A stretch of DNA of 32,000 nt from Candidatus Omnitrophota bacterium. GTDB taxonomy: Bacteria; Omnitrophota; Gorgyraeia; Duberdicusellales; 4484-171. The stretch covers positions 1-32,000 of the forward strand of contig JAIPHU010000012.1 in NCBI GenBank assembly GCA_021735045.1, read 5' to 3'. Below are positions 7,042 to 15,631 of the stretch, one piece after another. A program made the translations under genes and the position numbers. Positions within the stretch are counted from its first letter, which is position 1. The number at the start of each line of letters is the position of its first letter. The notes below the pieces were generated by a model. The model was not told where the DNA came from. It did no database searches and saw nothing but the letters and a program-made list of their open reading frames with translations.

Positions 7042-8385
7042 ATGTATATTTGTAGTGAATGTGGATATCAATCAGTAAAATGGATGGGTAAATGCCCAAA
7101 TTGTGGAGGCTGGGAAACTTTCCGTCAAAAAGATAGTAAGCTTTCATCGAATAAGTTAAAGACTAAGGTTAAATCATCGCCGCGTTTGCTTAAAGATATT
7201 AGTGAACTAAAAAAACAAAGGCATCAAACTAATTTTTCTGAACTAGATAGAATTCTAGGCGGGGGATTGGTGTCTGGCCAAGTGATTTTAATCGGAGGTG
7301 AGCCAGGGGTAGGTAAATCGACACTTTTATTAGAAGTAGCTTCAAATTTATCTAAAGAAGGCAAAACTATGTATGTAAGTGCTGAAGAGTCTCCACAGCA
7401 GATTGGGGTCAGGGCAAGACGCCTTAAAAATGTCAGTTCAGAACGTCTTTATATTAGCGATGAAGAAAGAGTCGAAAATATTTATAAAGCAATAGAGAAA
7501 GAACAGTTTAAGTTTGTGGTTATAGATTCTATTCAAGTTATGACCAGTTCTTTTGCTGGCGGGGTAAAAGGGAGCGTCCTTTCGATCAGAAGTTGCGCTG
7601 ATTATTTAACTCAGGTAGCAAAAACTTTAGGCGTAATTATTTTTATAGTAGGACATGTAACAAAATCAGGGGCAATTGCCGGGCCTAAGTTGCTTGAGCA
7701 TGTGGTAGATAGCGTGCTTTATTTTGAAGGGGAGATACTTTCAAACTACAGAATATTACGTTCAATAAAAAATAGATTTGGGCCAACCGGAGATATTGCA
7801 GTTTTTGATATGACCTCAACTGGTTTATCTGAAGTAAAAAAAATTAATGATATTTTTTTGCCGCATAAAAAAGATTCTTCTCCTGGCAGTTGCGTGATTT
7901 GTCCCCTGGAAGGCTTAAGGCCTATTTTGGTTGAGTTGCAATCATTGGTTAGTCGGGCGAATTTTTCAACAGTAAGAAGAAGAAGTTTGGGATTTGATTT
8001 TAATCGGTTTTCTTTATTAGTTGCAATAATTGAAAAAAGGCTAAAGGTGCCAATATCGGGAGAAGATATTTTCCTAAATGTGGCTGGGGGTTTGCGAATA
8101 AATGATCCAGCTGCAGACTTAGGAGCTGTAGTTGCAATTATCTCAAGTTTTCTAGAAAAAAAAGTGCCGCCGGAGACAGCTTTTGTCGGCGAAGTAGGCC
8201 TAGGAGGAGAGTTGAGACGAGTTAGAAATATCAATTCAAGATTAAAAGAGATAGACCGGGCAAATTTTAGATGTTGTTATATACCTGAAGCTAATAGGAA
8301 AGAAGTTGATAAAAGATTTTTAAATAAGGTTCTTAGTTTTTCGAATTTAGGAGAAATTTATAGGAAGCTTTTTAAAGTCACTTGA
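7042..8385 (+). CDS. radA: DNA repair protein RadA/Sms
   Basis: It has a C4 zinc ribbon (CSECGYQSVKWMGKCPNCGGW), Walker A GEPGVGKST, the KNRFG motif and a Lon-protease-like C-terminal domain. Confidence 0.92.
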   Translation: MYICSECGYQSVKWMGKCPNCGGWETFRQKDSKLSSNKLKTKVKSSPRLLKDISELKKQRHQTNFSELDRILGGGLVSGQVILIGGEPGVGKSTLLLEVASNLSKEGKTMYVSAEESPQQIGVRARRLKNVSSERLYISDEERVENIYKAIEKEQFKFVVIDSIQVMTSSFAGGVKGSVLSIRSCADYLTQVAKTLGVIIFIVGHVTKSGAIAGPKLLEHVVDSVLYFEGEILSNYRILRSIKNRFGPTGDIAVFDMTSTGLSEVKKINDIFLPHKKDSSPGSCVICPLEGLRPILVELQSLVSRANFSTVRRRSLGFDFNRFSLLVAIIEKRLKVPISGEDIFLNVAGGLRINDPAADLGAVVAIISSFLEKKVPPETAFVGEVGLGGELRRVRNINSRLKEIDRANFRCCYIPEANRKEVDKRFLNKVLSFSNLGEIYRKLFKVT

Positions 8386-8500
8386 TTGGCAATTGTTGAA
8401 TGGAAATAATCAACGAATTACTAATCTAATACGAATTTACGAATAGGATTTGTTAAATTCGTATATTCGTAAAGATTTGTAATTGGCTGATATTAATCAA
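8386..8500. repeat. Word-built intergenic element, copy A (ATTGG / AATAATCAACGA / ACGAAT-ATTCGT words)
   Basis: It shares an identical 12-mer (8405-8416 = 21892-21903), an identical 15-mer (8457-8471 = 21969-21983) and the collinear flanking similarity AGATTnGTAA with the spacer upstream of ptsN. Confidence 0.7.
8430..8471. other. Hairpin TACGAATTTACGAAT / ATTCGTATATTCGTA
   Basis: The 15-nt arms pair 7+7 bp with one central mismatch around a 12-nt loop (aggatttgttaa). Each arm is itself a direct duplication of a 7-mer. Confidence 0.7.
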
Positions 8501-8522
8501 TTTTATAAGGGGGTTATTTATC

Positions 8523-9512
8523 ATGTGGGGTTTAGTCTTTTTAAGAATATTTTTTGTTTTTATGTTTGTAATATTAGGATTTTCTTTAGGTAATGGAAAT
8601 TCTTTATTATTTGCAGGAATAGGTTTTGGAGTAGGGGTTTTCTTTGTACTTTTAGAGACATTAGGAAGAAAGGTATCGTTAAAAGGATTAAGTAGTGCGG
8701 TATTTGGGATTTTACTTGGTTTATTCCTTTCTGCTGTATTTGGCTTAGCTCTTTCTCAATTTCCCCTTTCTGAAGATATGTCGACTAGTTTATTAGACAA
8801 TATAAAATTGTTTGTGACGATTATTTTTGTTTATCTAGGTTTAACTTTAGGGATAAAAGGCCAAGATGAATTTAATGTGGTAATTCCTTATGTAAAATTT
8901 AAAAGAGGTGAGCTAAGAGAAGAAGAAGTTATCGTTGATACAAGCAGTATCATTGATGGTAGAATTTTAGATATTGTAAAAACCGGTTTTGTTGAAGCAA
9001 AGTTTATTATTCCGCGTTTTGTTTTAAATGAGATGCATACTTTAGCTGATTCAACAGATCATATGAAACGGCAAAAAGGGAAAAGAGCCATAGAGATACT
9101 GCATGATTTAAAAAAACAACCTAATATTGAAACTGAGGTTACCGAAGAAGAAATTTCAGTAGTTAAAACTGTAGATGAAAAAATTATTAAATTAGCTCAA
9201 AAACATAGGGCAAAAGTTTTAACTACGGATTATAATCTTAATCGGATTGCTCAATTTCAAGGAGTAAAGGTTCTAAATATAAATGATCTTGCTAATGCAT
9301 TAAAACCGTCGTTGATAGCCGGCAATACTTTTAATTTAAAATTAGTAAAAGAAGGCAAAGAGCGCAACCAAGCGGTTGGTTATCTCGAAGACGGAACTAT
9401 GGTAGTTGTTGAAGGCGGTAAGAGGTTAATCGGTAAAACGGTTAACGTAGAAGTTGCCTCAGTACTGCAAAATCCAAGTGGCAGAATTATATTTACTAAG
9501 TTAGCTGGTTAA
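8523..9512 (+). CDS. Membrane-anchored PIN/TRAM domain protein (YacL-like)
   Basis: It has N-terminal TM helices, a PIN-like core (VIVDTSSIIDGRILDI...) and a C-terminal TRAM-like barrel (NLKLVKEGKERNQAVGYLEDGTMVVVEGG...VEVASVLQ). AAGGGGG precedes the ATG. Its position between radA and ispD matches B. subtilis yacL. Confidence 0.8.
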   Translation: MWGLVFLRIFFVFMFVILGFSLGNGNSLLFAGIGFGVGVFFVLLETLGRKVSLKGLSSAVFGILLGLFLSAVFGLALSQFPLSEDMSTSLLDNIKLFVTIIFVYLGLTLGIKGQDEFNVVIPYVKFKRGELREEEVIVDTSSIIDGRILDIVKTGFVEAKFIIPRFVLNEMHTLADSTDHMKRQKGKRAIEILHDLKKQPNIETEVTEEEISVVKTVDEKIIKLAQKHRAKVLTTDYNLNRIAQFQGVKVLNINDLANALKPSLIAGNTFNLKLVKEGKERNQAVGYLEDGTMVVVEGGKRLIGKTVNVEVASVLQNPSGRIIFTKLAG

Positions 9513-9513
9513 A

Positions 9514-10176
9514 ATGAAAGTTGCAGCAGTAATTGTTTGTGCTGGTTTCGGCAAACGGATAGGAGAAGCTAAAGCAACTATTCTTTTGACAGGAAAACCT
9601 CTTTTTTACTATAGCCTTAAGACTTTTTTGTCTATTAATCAGATAAAACAGATCATATTAGTTCTGCAAAAAAAACATTTTAAACTAGCAAAAAAGTTTA
9701 TAACCAGCAAAAAAATTGATTTAGTAGAGGGGGCGAAAAAAAGAAAACAGTCTGTTGCCAATGGGTTAGAGAAGATAAGTGACGATCTAGATTATGTTTT
9801 AATTCATGATTGCGCCCGTCCTTTTATCAGAAAACAAATAGTGATGAAGGTGGTCAGAGAGCTAAAGAAGCATCCGGCGGTGGTTCCAGGAGTTAAAGTA
9901 AAAGATACATTAAAACAACTTAAAGGCAGCCTAGTTAAAAAAACTTTAAACAGAGATAATCTTTTTTCTATTCAAACTCCTCAGGGATTCAAAAAAGATT
10001 TGATTAAAACAGCATATGAAAAATATAAAAATTCTAGTTTTACAGATTCAGCTCAATTGATTGAAAAAAACGGCAAAACCGTAAAAGTAGTTGAGGGAGA
10101 TTCGTTAAATTTTAAGTTAACCTACCGAGAGGATATTTATTTAGCTAAAGCAGTGGGAAAGTATGGAAAAATATAA
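9514..10176 (+). CDS. ispD: 2-C-methyl-D-erythritol 4-phosphate cytidylyltransferase
   Basis: 220 aa with the blocks AAVIVCAGFGKRIG, IHDCARPF and IQTPQGF typical of IspD. It is followed directly by ispF. Confidence 0.85.
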   Translation: MKVAAVIVCAGFGKRIGEAKATILLTGKPLFYYSLKTFLSINQIKQIILVLQKKHFKLAKKFITSKKIDLVEGAKKRKQSVANGLEKISDDLDYVLIHDCARPFIRKQIVMKVVRELKKHPAVVPGVKVKDTLKQLKGSLVKKTLNRDNLFSIQTPQGFKKDLIKTAYEKYKNSSFTDSAQLIEKNGKTVKVVEGDSLNFKLTYREDIYLAKAVGKYGKI

Positions 10177-10639
10177 AGTGGGCCTAGGCTATGACCTTCA
10201 TAGGTTTACAGATAAAAAACAATTTATTCTCATAGGTGGTTTTAAAATAGATTGTGGTTTTGGGCTTGATGCAGTATCAGATGGGGATATAGCTTTACAT
10301 GCGATATCAGATGCAATTTGTGGGGCGGCTGGTTTGGGTGATATTGGTGACTATTTTCCTCCTTCAGATAAAAAAAATCAAAATATAGAAAGTAGAAAGA
10401 TCGCTGAAACTATTTTAACTAAAATAAAGAAAAACTATAAAATAGTAAATATTGACCTTACTTTAGTAGCTGAAAAACCTAAGCTAGCTTCTTATAAAAA
10501 ATATATTGTTGAATCATTAAAAAATATTTTTAAGATATCAGATATTAATTTAAAGATAAAATCAAAAGAAGCCACAGATGCTTTAGGCGGAACTAATGCA
10601 CTAAGTTGTTTGGCGGCGGTTTTATTAAAAGGCGGCTAA
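10163..10639 (+). CDS. ispF: 2-C-methyl-D-erythritol 2,4-cyclodiphosphate synthase
   Basis: 158 aa with GLGYDLHRF, SDGDIALHAISDAICGA and GDIGDYFP motifs. It overlaps ispD by 14 nt. Confidence 0.9.
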   Translation: MEKYKVGLGYDLHRFTDKKQFILIGGFKIDCGFGLDAVSDGDIALHAISDAICGAAGLGDIGDYFPPSDKKNQNIESRKIAETILTKIKKNYKIVNIDLTLVAEKPKLASYKKYIVESLKNIFKISDINLKIKSKEATDALGGTNALSCLAAVLLKGG

Positions 10640-10640
10640 G

Positions 10641-12050
10641 ATGCTAAAGATTTATAATTCATTAACTAAGAAAAAAGAAAAGTTTAACCCCGAGCAAAAA
10701 GGCGTTATCAAGATGTATACTTGCGGAGTAACTGTTTATGATGATTGTCATATTGGCCACGCTCGCTCTTTATGTGTATTTGATGTTATCCGCCGTTATC
10801 TAGAGTTTAGAAGATATAAGGTTGATTTTATCCGCAATATTACCGATATTGATGACAAAATTATTAATCGGGCCAAACAGTTGGGAGTCAGTTGGAAGGA
10901 ACTATCAGATAAATATATAAAAAGATATAAAAAAGATTTAGAAAGCCTAGAGCTAGAACCTGTTGGCTTTGAACCAAAGGCTACCGAAAACATTAAAGCT
11001 ATGATTGATTATATACACCAGTTGGTTAATAAAGGTTTTGCTTATGTTACTGACACCGGGGTTTATTTTGAAGTAAGAAAGTTTAAACAATACGGAAAGT
11101 TATCCGGCCAAAAAATAGATGATATCCGGTCGTCGGTAAGGATTGAGTCTGATGAAAATAAAAAAGATCCTCTTGATTTTGCGCTTTGGAAAAATGCTAA
11201 AGAATCTGAACCAAGCTGGGATAGCCCCTGGGGCAAGGGAAGGCCGGGTTGGCATATTGAGTGTTCTGTAATGAGCCAGAAATACCTAGATACTGAAACA
11301 TTAGATATCCACGGTGGAGGAAGGGATTTGATTTTTCCTCATCATGAGAATGAGATTGCTCAAGCTGAAAGTTTATCGGGTAAAAACTTTGCTAATTATT
11401 GGCTGCATCATGGCCTTTTAACTATTAATCTTCAAAAAATGTCTAAGTCTTTAGGGAATTTTGTAAAGATTTCTCAAGTTTTAGACAAATATCCAGCAGA
11501 TATATTAAAATTTTTCTACTTTCAAGCTCACTACTCTTCTTCGGTTGATTTTTCTTGGCAAAAAATGGAGGAAGCCAAGAAGGCTTATGAACATATTAAA
11601 ATATTAAAAGAAAAATTAGAAAATTATCTAGATAAAAAAAATATTTTAAAAGTTTCAGCTTCAAAAACCAGCAGTAATGGCCAAGGCTACCAGGAAAGTT
11701 TTATCAATGCAATGGATGATGATTTTAATATGCCAAAAGGCCTAGCAGTATTGTTTGACCTAGCCGGCCAAGCTAATAAAGTATTAGTCAGCGATGATAA
11801 AGACAAAGATAAAAAATTAATGACTTATAAACTAACCTTAGACCAGATAACCGGTGTTTTTGGGTTTAGTTTTTTAAAAAAGAAATTAACTGGAACAAGC
11901 AAGGAAAAGATAGATGAACTTATAGCTTTACGCAATCAGTACAGAAAAGAAAAGCAGTTTGATAAATCAGATCAAATCCGTAGTCAACTTTTAGCCAAGG
12001 GAGTAGTGTTAGAAGATACCAAAGAAGGGACTATATGGCGGAGAAAATGA
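10641..12050 (+). CDS. cysS: Cysteine--tRNA ligase
   Basis: 469 aa with a HIGH motif (CHIGHARS), a KMSKS motif and a class I catalytic core. It starts 1 nt after the ispF stop. Confidence 0.93.
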   Translation: MLKIYNSLTKKKEKFNPEQKGVIKMYTCGVTVYDDCHIGHARSLCVFDVIRRYLEFRRYKVDFIRNITDIDDKIINRAKQLGVSWKELSDKYIKRYKKDLESLELEPVGFEPKATENIKAMIDYIHQLVNKGFAYVTDTGVYFEVRKFKQYGKLSGQKIDDIRSSVRIESDENKKDPLDFALWKNAKESEPSWDSPWGKGRPGWHIECSVMSQKYLDTETLDIHGGGRDLIFPHHENEIAQAESLSGKNFANYWLHHGLLTINLQKMSKSLGNFVKISQVLDKYPADILKFFYFQAHYSSSVDFSWQKMEEAKKAYEHIKILKEKLENYLDKKNILKVSASKTSSNGQGYQESFINAMDDDFNMPKGLAVLFDLAGQANKVLVSDDKDKDKKLMTYKLTLDQITGVFGFSFLKKKLTGTSKEKIDELIALRNQYRKEKQFDKSDQIRSQLLAKGVVLEDTKEGTIWRRK

Positions 12051-12679
12051 AAAAATCAAAAGCAGCATTTATTACTGTTGAAGGCCTAGAGGGCTGTGGT
12101 AAAAGTAGTGTTATTAGGTTTCTAGAAGAGTTTTTTAAAAAAAAGAAACTGGAAGTCCAAGTTTATCGTGAACCGGGTTCAACAAAAATTGGAGAAGAGA
12201 TAAGAAAAATTTTGTTAGAAAAAAAGGACCTGGAGCTTTCTTCTTATACAGAGCTTCTTTTGTATCTAGCAGCAAGAACTCAACTAATTGAGGAAAGATT
12301 AAGCAAGGACTTATCTAGATTTGATGTTATTATCTGTGATCGTTTTTATGATTCAACTTTAGTCTATCAGGGTTATGCTTTGGGGCTAGGAAGAGTTGTT
12401 GAGCAAGCAGTAGATATTTTTTCTTTAGGTATGAAGCCGGATTTAACTTTATTTCTAGATGTAGATGTTGAAGTTGGCTTACGGAGGTTAAAGGCGCCAG
12501 ATAGGATTGAATCACGCCCTTTGCCTTTTCACAAAAAGTTAAGAACAGGATTTTTAAAACTAGCTAAAGCAGAACCTGAGAGGATAAAAGTAATTGATGC
12601 TTCAGGCAGCCTTGATCAGATTTATCAGAGAGTCAAAGAAGTTTTAATCAAAGAGAGAATTTCAATAATAAATAAATAA
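12035..12679 (+). CDS. tmk: Thymidylate kinase
   Basis: It has the P-loop FITVEGLEGCGKSS and the DRFYDSTLVYQG block. It overlaps the end of cysS. An alternative ATG at 12047 forms ATGA with the cysS stop and is equally plausible. Confidence 0.88.
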   Translation: MAEKMKKSKAAFITVEGLEGCGKSSVIRFLEEFFKKKKLEVQVYREPGSTKIGEEIRKILLEKKDLELSSYTELLLYLAARTQLIEERLSKDLSRFDVIICDRFYDSTLVYQGYALGLGRVVEQAVDIFSLGMKPDLTLFLDVDVEVGLRRLKAPDRIESRPLPFHKKLRTGFLKLAKAEPERIKVIDASGSLDQIYQRVKEVLIKERISIINK

Positions 12680-12680
12680 T

Positions 12681-12708
12681 GTAGGGGCACGGCATGCTGT
12701 GCCCGTAC
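12681..12708. repeat. GTAG-headed GC-rich hairpin (REP-like), copy 1
   Basis: GTAGGGGCAC (12681-12690) pairs with GTGCCCGTAC (12699-12708) at 9 of 10 positions. It starts 2 nt after the tmk stop. The 12-mer TAATGTAGGGGC is identical to 29013-29024. Confidence 0.75.
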
Positions 12709-12718
12709 CTATCAACCG

Positions 12719-14539
12719 ATGGAAAAATATGATGTTATTGTAGTTGGTGGTGGCCATGCTGGTATTGAAGCGGCTTTCGCCTCGGCTAAGATGAACTGTT
12801 CTGTATTGTTAGTTAGTCTTGACCTTGATGCAATTGGTAAACTTTCCTGTAATCCGGCTGTAGGCGGGGTAGCTAAAGGGGCATTGGTAAGAGAAGTAGA
12901 TGCTCTGGGGGGTTTGATTGGAAAAATTACTGATAGTTGTGCAGTTGGCTACAGGACTTTAAATAAGAGTAAAGGTAAAGCAGTTTGGGCAACACGAGCT
13001 CAAGTAGATATGTTTGCCTATCCGCAATTAGCAAGAACTTATCTAGATGATAATAAGAATATAGATATTTTACAAGCCAAGGCCGAAAAGATTATTAGTA
13101 AGGGTAGAAAAGTTTTAGGGATAAAAACTAATCTAGGCCAAGATATTTTTGCCAAAACTGTAATTATTGCTGCCGGTACTTTTTTAAAAAGTAAAATCCA
13201 TATTGGACTAAATTCTTTTTCTGGTGGACGGATATCAGAAAACTCAAGTGATGAATTATTTGATTCGATTAAAGCCTTGGGTTTTAAAACTAAGCACTTT
13301 AAGACAGGTACCTGTGCTCGTTTAGATAAAAGAACAATTGATTTTAAAAAAATGCGCCGTCAGGTGCCAGATACAGATGTTTGCCCTTTTTCTTTTATTA
13401 ACAAAAAAATCAACAAAAATAGAGTCAGTTGTTTTATTACCTATACTAACAAAAAGACTCATAAAATAATAAAAGATAATTTAAAGCTATCGCCTCTTTA
13501 TACCGGATTAATTAAATCTAGAGGAGTTAGGTATTGCCCCTCTCTTGAAGATAAAATTGTAAAGTTTCCTGATAAGGAAAAACATCAGATTTTTGTTGAA
13601 CCAGAAGGCCTAAACTCATATGAAGTTTATCCTAATGGTATTTCAACTTCTCTGCCGTTAGAGGTCCAAAGAGAATTTATCCATTCGATAGCTGGTCTAG
13701 AAAAGGCAAAGATGGTTAGGCCAGGTTATGGTATAGAACACGGATTAATTGATAGCCGTCAACTTTTTGCCAGTCTTGAATCAGAAAGATATTCCGGATT
13801 ATTTTTTGCCGGCCAAGTCAATGGAACTACTGGTTATGAAGAAGCAGCAGGACAAGGTTTGGTTGCTGGAATAAATGCGGCCTTAAAGGTAAAAGGCAAG
13901 AGGCCGTTTGTTTTAAATAGAAACCAAGCTTACCTAGGAGTTTTAATTGATGATTTGGTAAAAAAAGGCACTGATGAACCCTATCGGATGTTTACTTCTC
14001 GCTGTGAGTTTAGACTTTCTTTGCGTGAAAGTAATGCTGATTTACGTCTTGGCAAAACTGGCTATCAATTAGGCTTGTTATCTAAAAAAGAATATCAACT
14101 GATAGAAAGAAAACAAAAAAAGATAGATAAGATTAAAGATAAACTAAAAAGTAAGAAAGCTAAAAAAATAAATAAACAAAAAAATTTATTCGATTTACTC
14201 AAGGAACCAAAGGTAAGTTTTGATAAGATAAAAAAAGAGATAGATGAAAAAAAGGTTTCTTTTGATATCGGAGCTGAAATAGAAATAGCTGCTAAATATA
14301 AAGGTTTTTTAAAGAGAGAAAAGGCGTGGCTTAAAGAACTTAAAAATTTAGATAAAATTAAGATAGCAAGAATAGACTATTTCCAAATTCCTTCTTTATC
14401 TAAAGAAGTTAGAGAAAAATTAAATAAGTTTAAGCCTAAAACTTTAGGTCAAGCTTTCCGAATTAGCGGGATCACCCCGGCTGCAGTTTTAACTGTCTAT
14501 AATTTTATCAAAAAAAGAAAAAAGAAAACTTTTAAATAG
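12719..14539 (+). CDS. mnmG: tRNA uridine 5-carboxymethylaminomethyl modification enzyme MnmG (GidA)
   Basis: 606 aa with the FAD-binding N-terminus YDVIVVGGGHAGIEAA and the blocks NPAVGGVAKG and FFAGQVNGTTGYEEAAGQG. Confidence 0.93.
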   Translation: MEKYDVIVVGGGHAGIEAAFASAKMNCSVLLVSLDLDAIGKLSCNPAVGGVAKGALVREVDALGGLIGKITDSCAVGYRTLNKSKGKAVWATRAQVDMFAYPQLARTYLDDNKNIDILQAKAEKIISKGRKVLGIKTNLGQDIFAKTVIIAAGTFLKSKIHIGLNSFSGGRISENSSDELFDSIKALGFKTKHFKTGTCARLDKRTIDFKKMRRQVPDTDVCPFSFINKKINKNRVSCFITYTNKKTHKIIKDNLKLSPLYTGLIKSRGVRYCPSLEDKIVKFPDKEKHQIFVEPEGLNSYEVYPNGISTSLPLEVQREFIHSIAGLEKAKMVRPGYGIEHGLIDSRQLFASLESERYSGLFFAGQVNGTTGYEEAAGQGLVAGINAALKVKGKRPFVLNRNQAYLGVLIDDLVKKGTDEPYRMFTSRCEFRLSLRESNADLRLGKTGYQLGLLSKKEYQLIERKQKKIDKIKDKLKSKKAKKINKQKNLFDLLKEPKVSFDKIKKEIDEKKVSFDIGAEIEIAAKYKGFLKREKAWLKELKNLDKIKIARIDYFQIPSLSKEVREKLNKFKPKTLGQAFRISGITPAAVLTVYNFIKKRKKKTFK

Positions 14540-14548
14540 GCCTTATCT

Positions 14549-15631
14549 TTATTTTAGGTTTAGATAATTACCGATATCTTCTGCGAATCTTGTAATTCCG
14601 TTATAGGGCGAGAGGAGTTGCTTAGCAGCTTTTAGTTTTTGGCGAAAAGAAATGTATTTTTCTTTATCTTTTAGATAACTAAGGCTAACTTTGGCAATAT
14701 TTTCAGGGGTAGCTTGATCTTGAAGAAGTTCAGGTACAATTTGTTTGTCGGCTAAAATATTTAACATCCCGGCATATTTTGTGTTTATAAGTTTTTTTAA
14801 AATATACCAGCTAAGCTTATTAACTTTATAGATTATTATGTGGGGAACTTCCAAGATAGCTGTTTCTACCGTAGCAGTACCTGAGGCAGCAATAACAAAT
14901 TTTGATTTTGCTAAAAGTTGATAAGAATGATTAAAAATTTCTTCTTTCTTAAAATCATTGTATAATTTTTTACTAAGGCCTTTTGGTTTTATAACCTGAA
15001 ACTTATATTCTGGTAAATCTTTTTGTAAGAGTGATTTGGTTTTGGCTAAAAGTTTAAGATGGTTTTTTAGCTCATTTTTTCGTGAGCCCGGCAAAAAAGA
15101 AATTATTTTCTTTTTTTCTATCTGTTTTTGATTAATAATCTCCAGCAGAGGGTGGCCAAAGAAATCAACTTTCATCTGTTCTTTCTTATAAAGTTTTTTT
15201 TCAAAGTTAAAGATAGGAACCATCTTGTCTGTATATTTTTTAATTATTTTTATTCTTTTTTTTCTCCAGGCCCAAACTTGAGGGCTGACATAATAAAAAA
15301 CCGGGTATTTATGGTTTATTTTTTTAGCTAAGCTGAGGTTAAAATCAGGAAAATCTATCAGAATTATTAAGTCGGGCTTGATCTTATTTATTTGGTTGAT
15401 TGTCTGGTCAAATAAGTTTTTAAATTTAGCTAAGGATGAAATGACCTCAATTAAGCCACAAACAGAATGTGATACTAAATCGATTAATTGATGCGAATTT
15501 TTAGCAAGAACTTTGCCTCCAAAGGAATAAATTTGACAAGAATTAAACTTTTGATTTATTTTTTTAGCTAAATTTCCTCCGTAGAGGTCTCCGGATGTAT
15601 CTCCTGCAATAAGAACTATTTTTTGCATCAC
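14549..15631 (-). CDS. lpxB: Lipid-A-disaccharide synthase
   Basis: 360 aa with the N-terminus IVLIAGDTSGDLYG and a GT-B pattern typical of LpxB. It is convergent with mnmG, leaving a gap of only 9 bp. Confidence 0.85.
   Translation of the reverse strand: MMQKIVLIAGDTSGDLYGGNLAKKINQKFNSCQIYSFGGKVLAKNSHQLIDLVSHSVCGLIEVISSLAKFKNLFDQTINQINKIKPDLIILIDFPDFNLSLAKKINHKYPVFYYVSPQVWAWRKKRIKIIKKYTDKMVPIFNFEKKLYKKEQMKVDFFGHPLLEIINQKQIEKKKIISFLPGSRKNELKNHLKLLAKTKSLLQKDLPEYKFQVIKPKGLSKKLYNDFKKEEIFNHSYQLLAKSKFVIAASGTATVETAILEVPHIIIYKVNKLSWYILKKLINTKYAGMLNILADKQIVPELLQDQATPENIAKVSLSYLKDKEKYISFRQKLKAAKQLLSPYNGITRFAEDIGNYLNLK

Noticed and set aside
7746-8234. A 162-aa antisense ORF inside radA.
   Set aside because: It is a shadow ORF opposite a conserved gene, with no recognisable motifs and no start context.
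10796-12515. Short antisense ORFs inside cysS (10796..10993) and tmk (12330..12515).
   Set aside because: They are embedded in conserved genes on the opposite strand, are short and have no motifs.
12681-12708. The GC-rich hairpins after tmk and aroF acting as rho-independent terminators.
   Set aside because: Neither hairpin is followed by a T-run on the + strand, and the next genes start 11-15 nt later. A terminator role is not supported by the sequence, so they are reported as REP-like instead.
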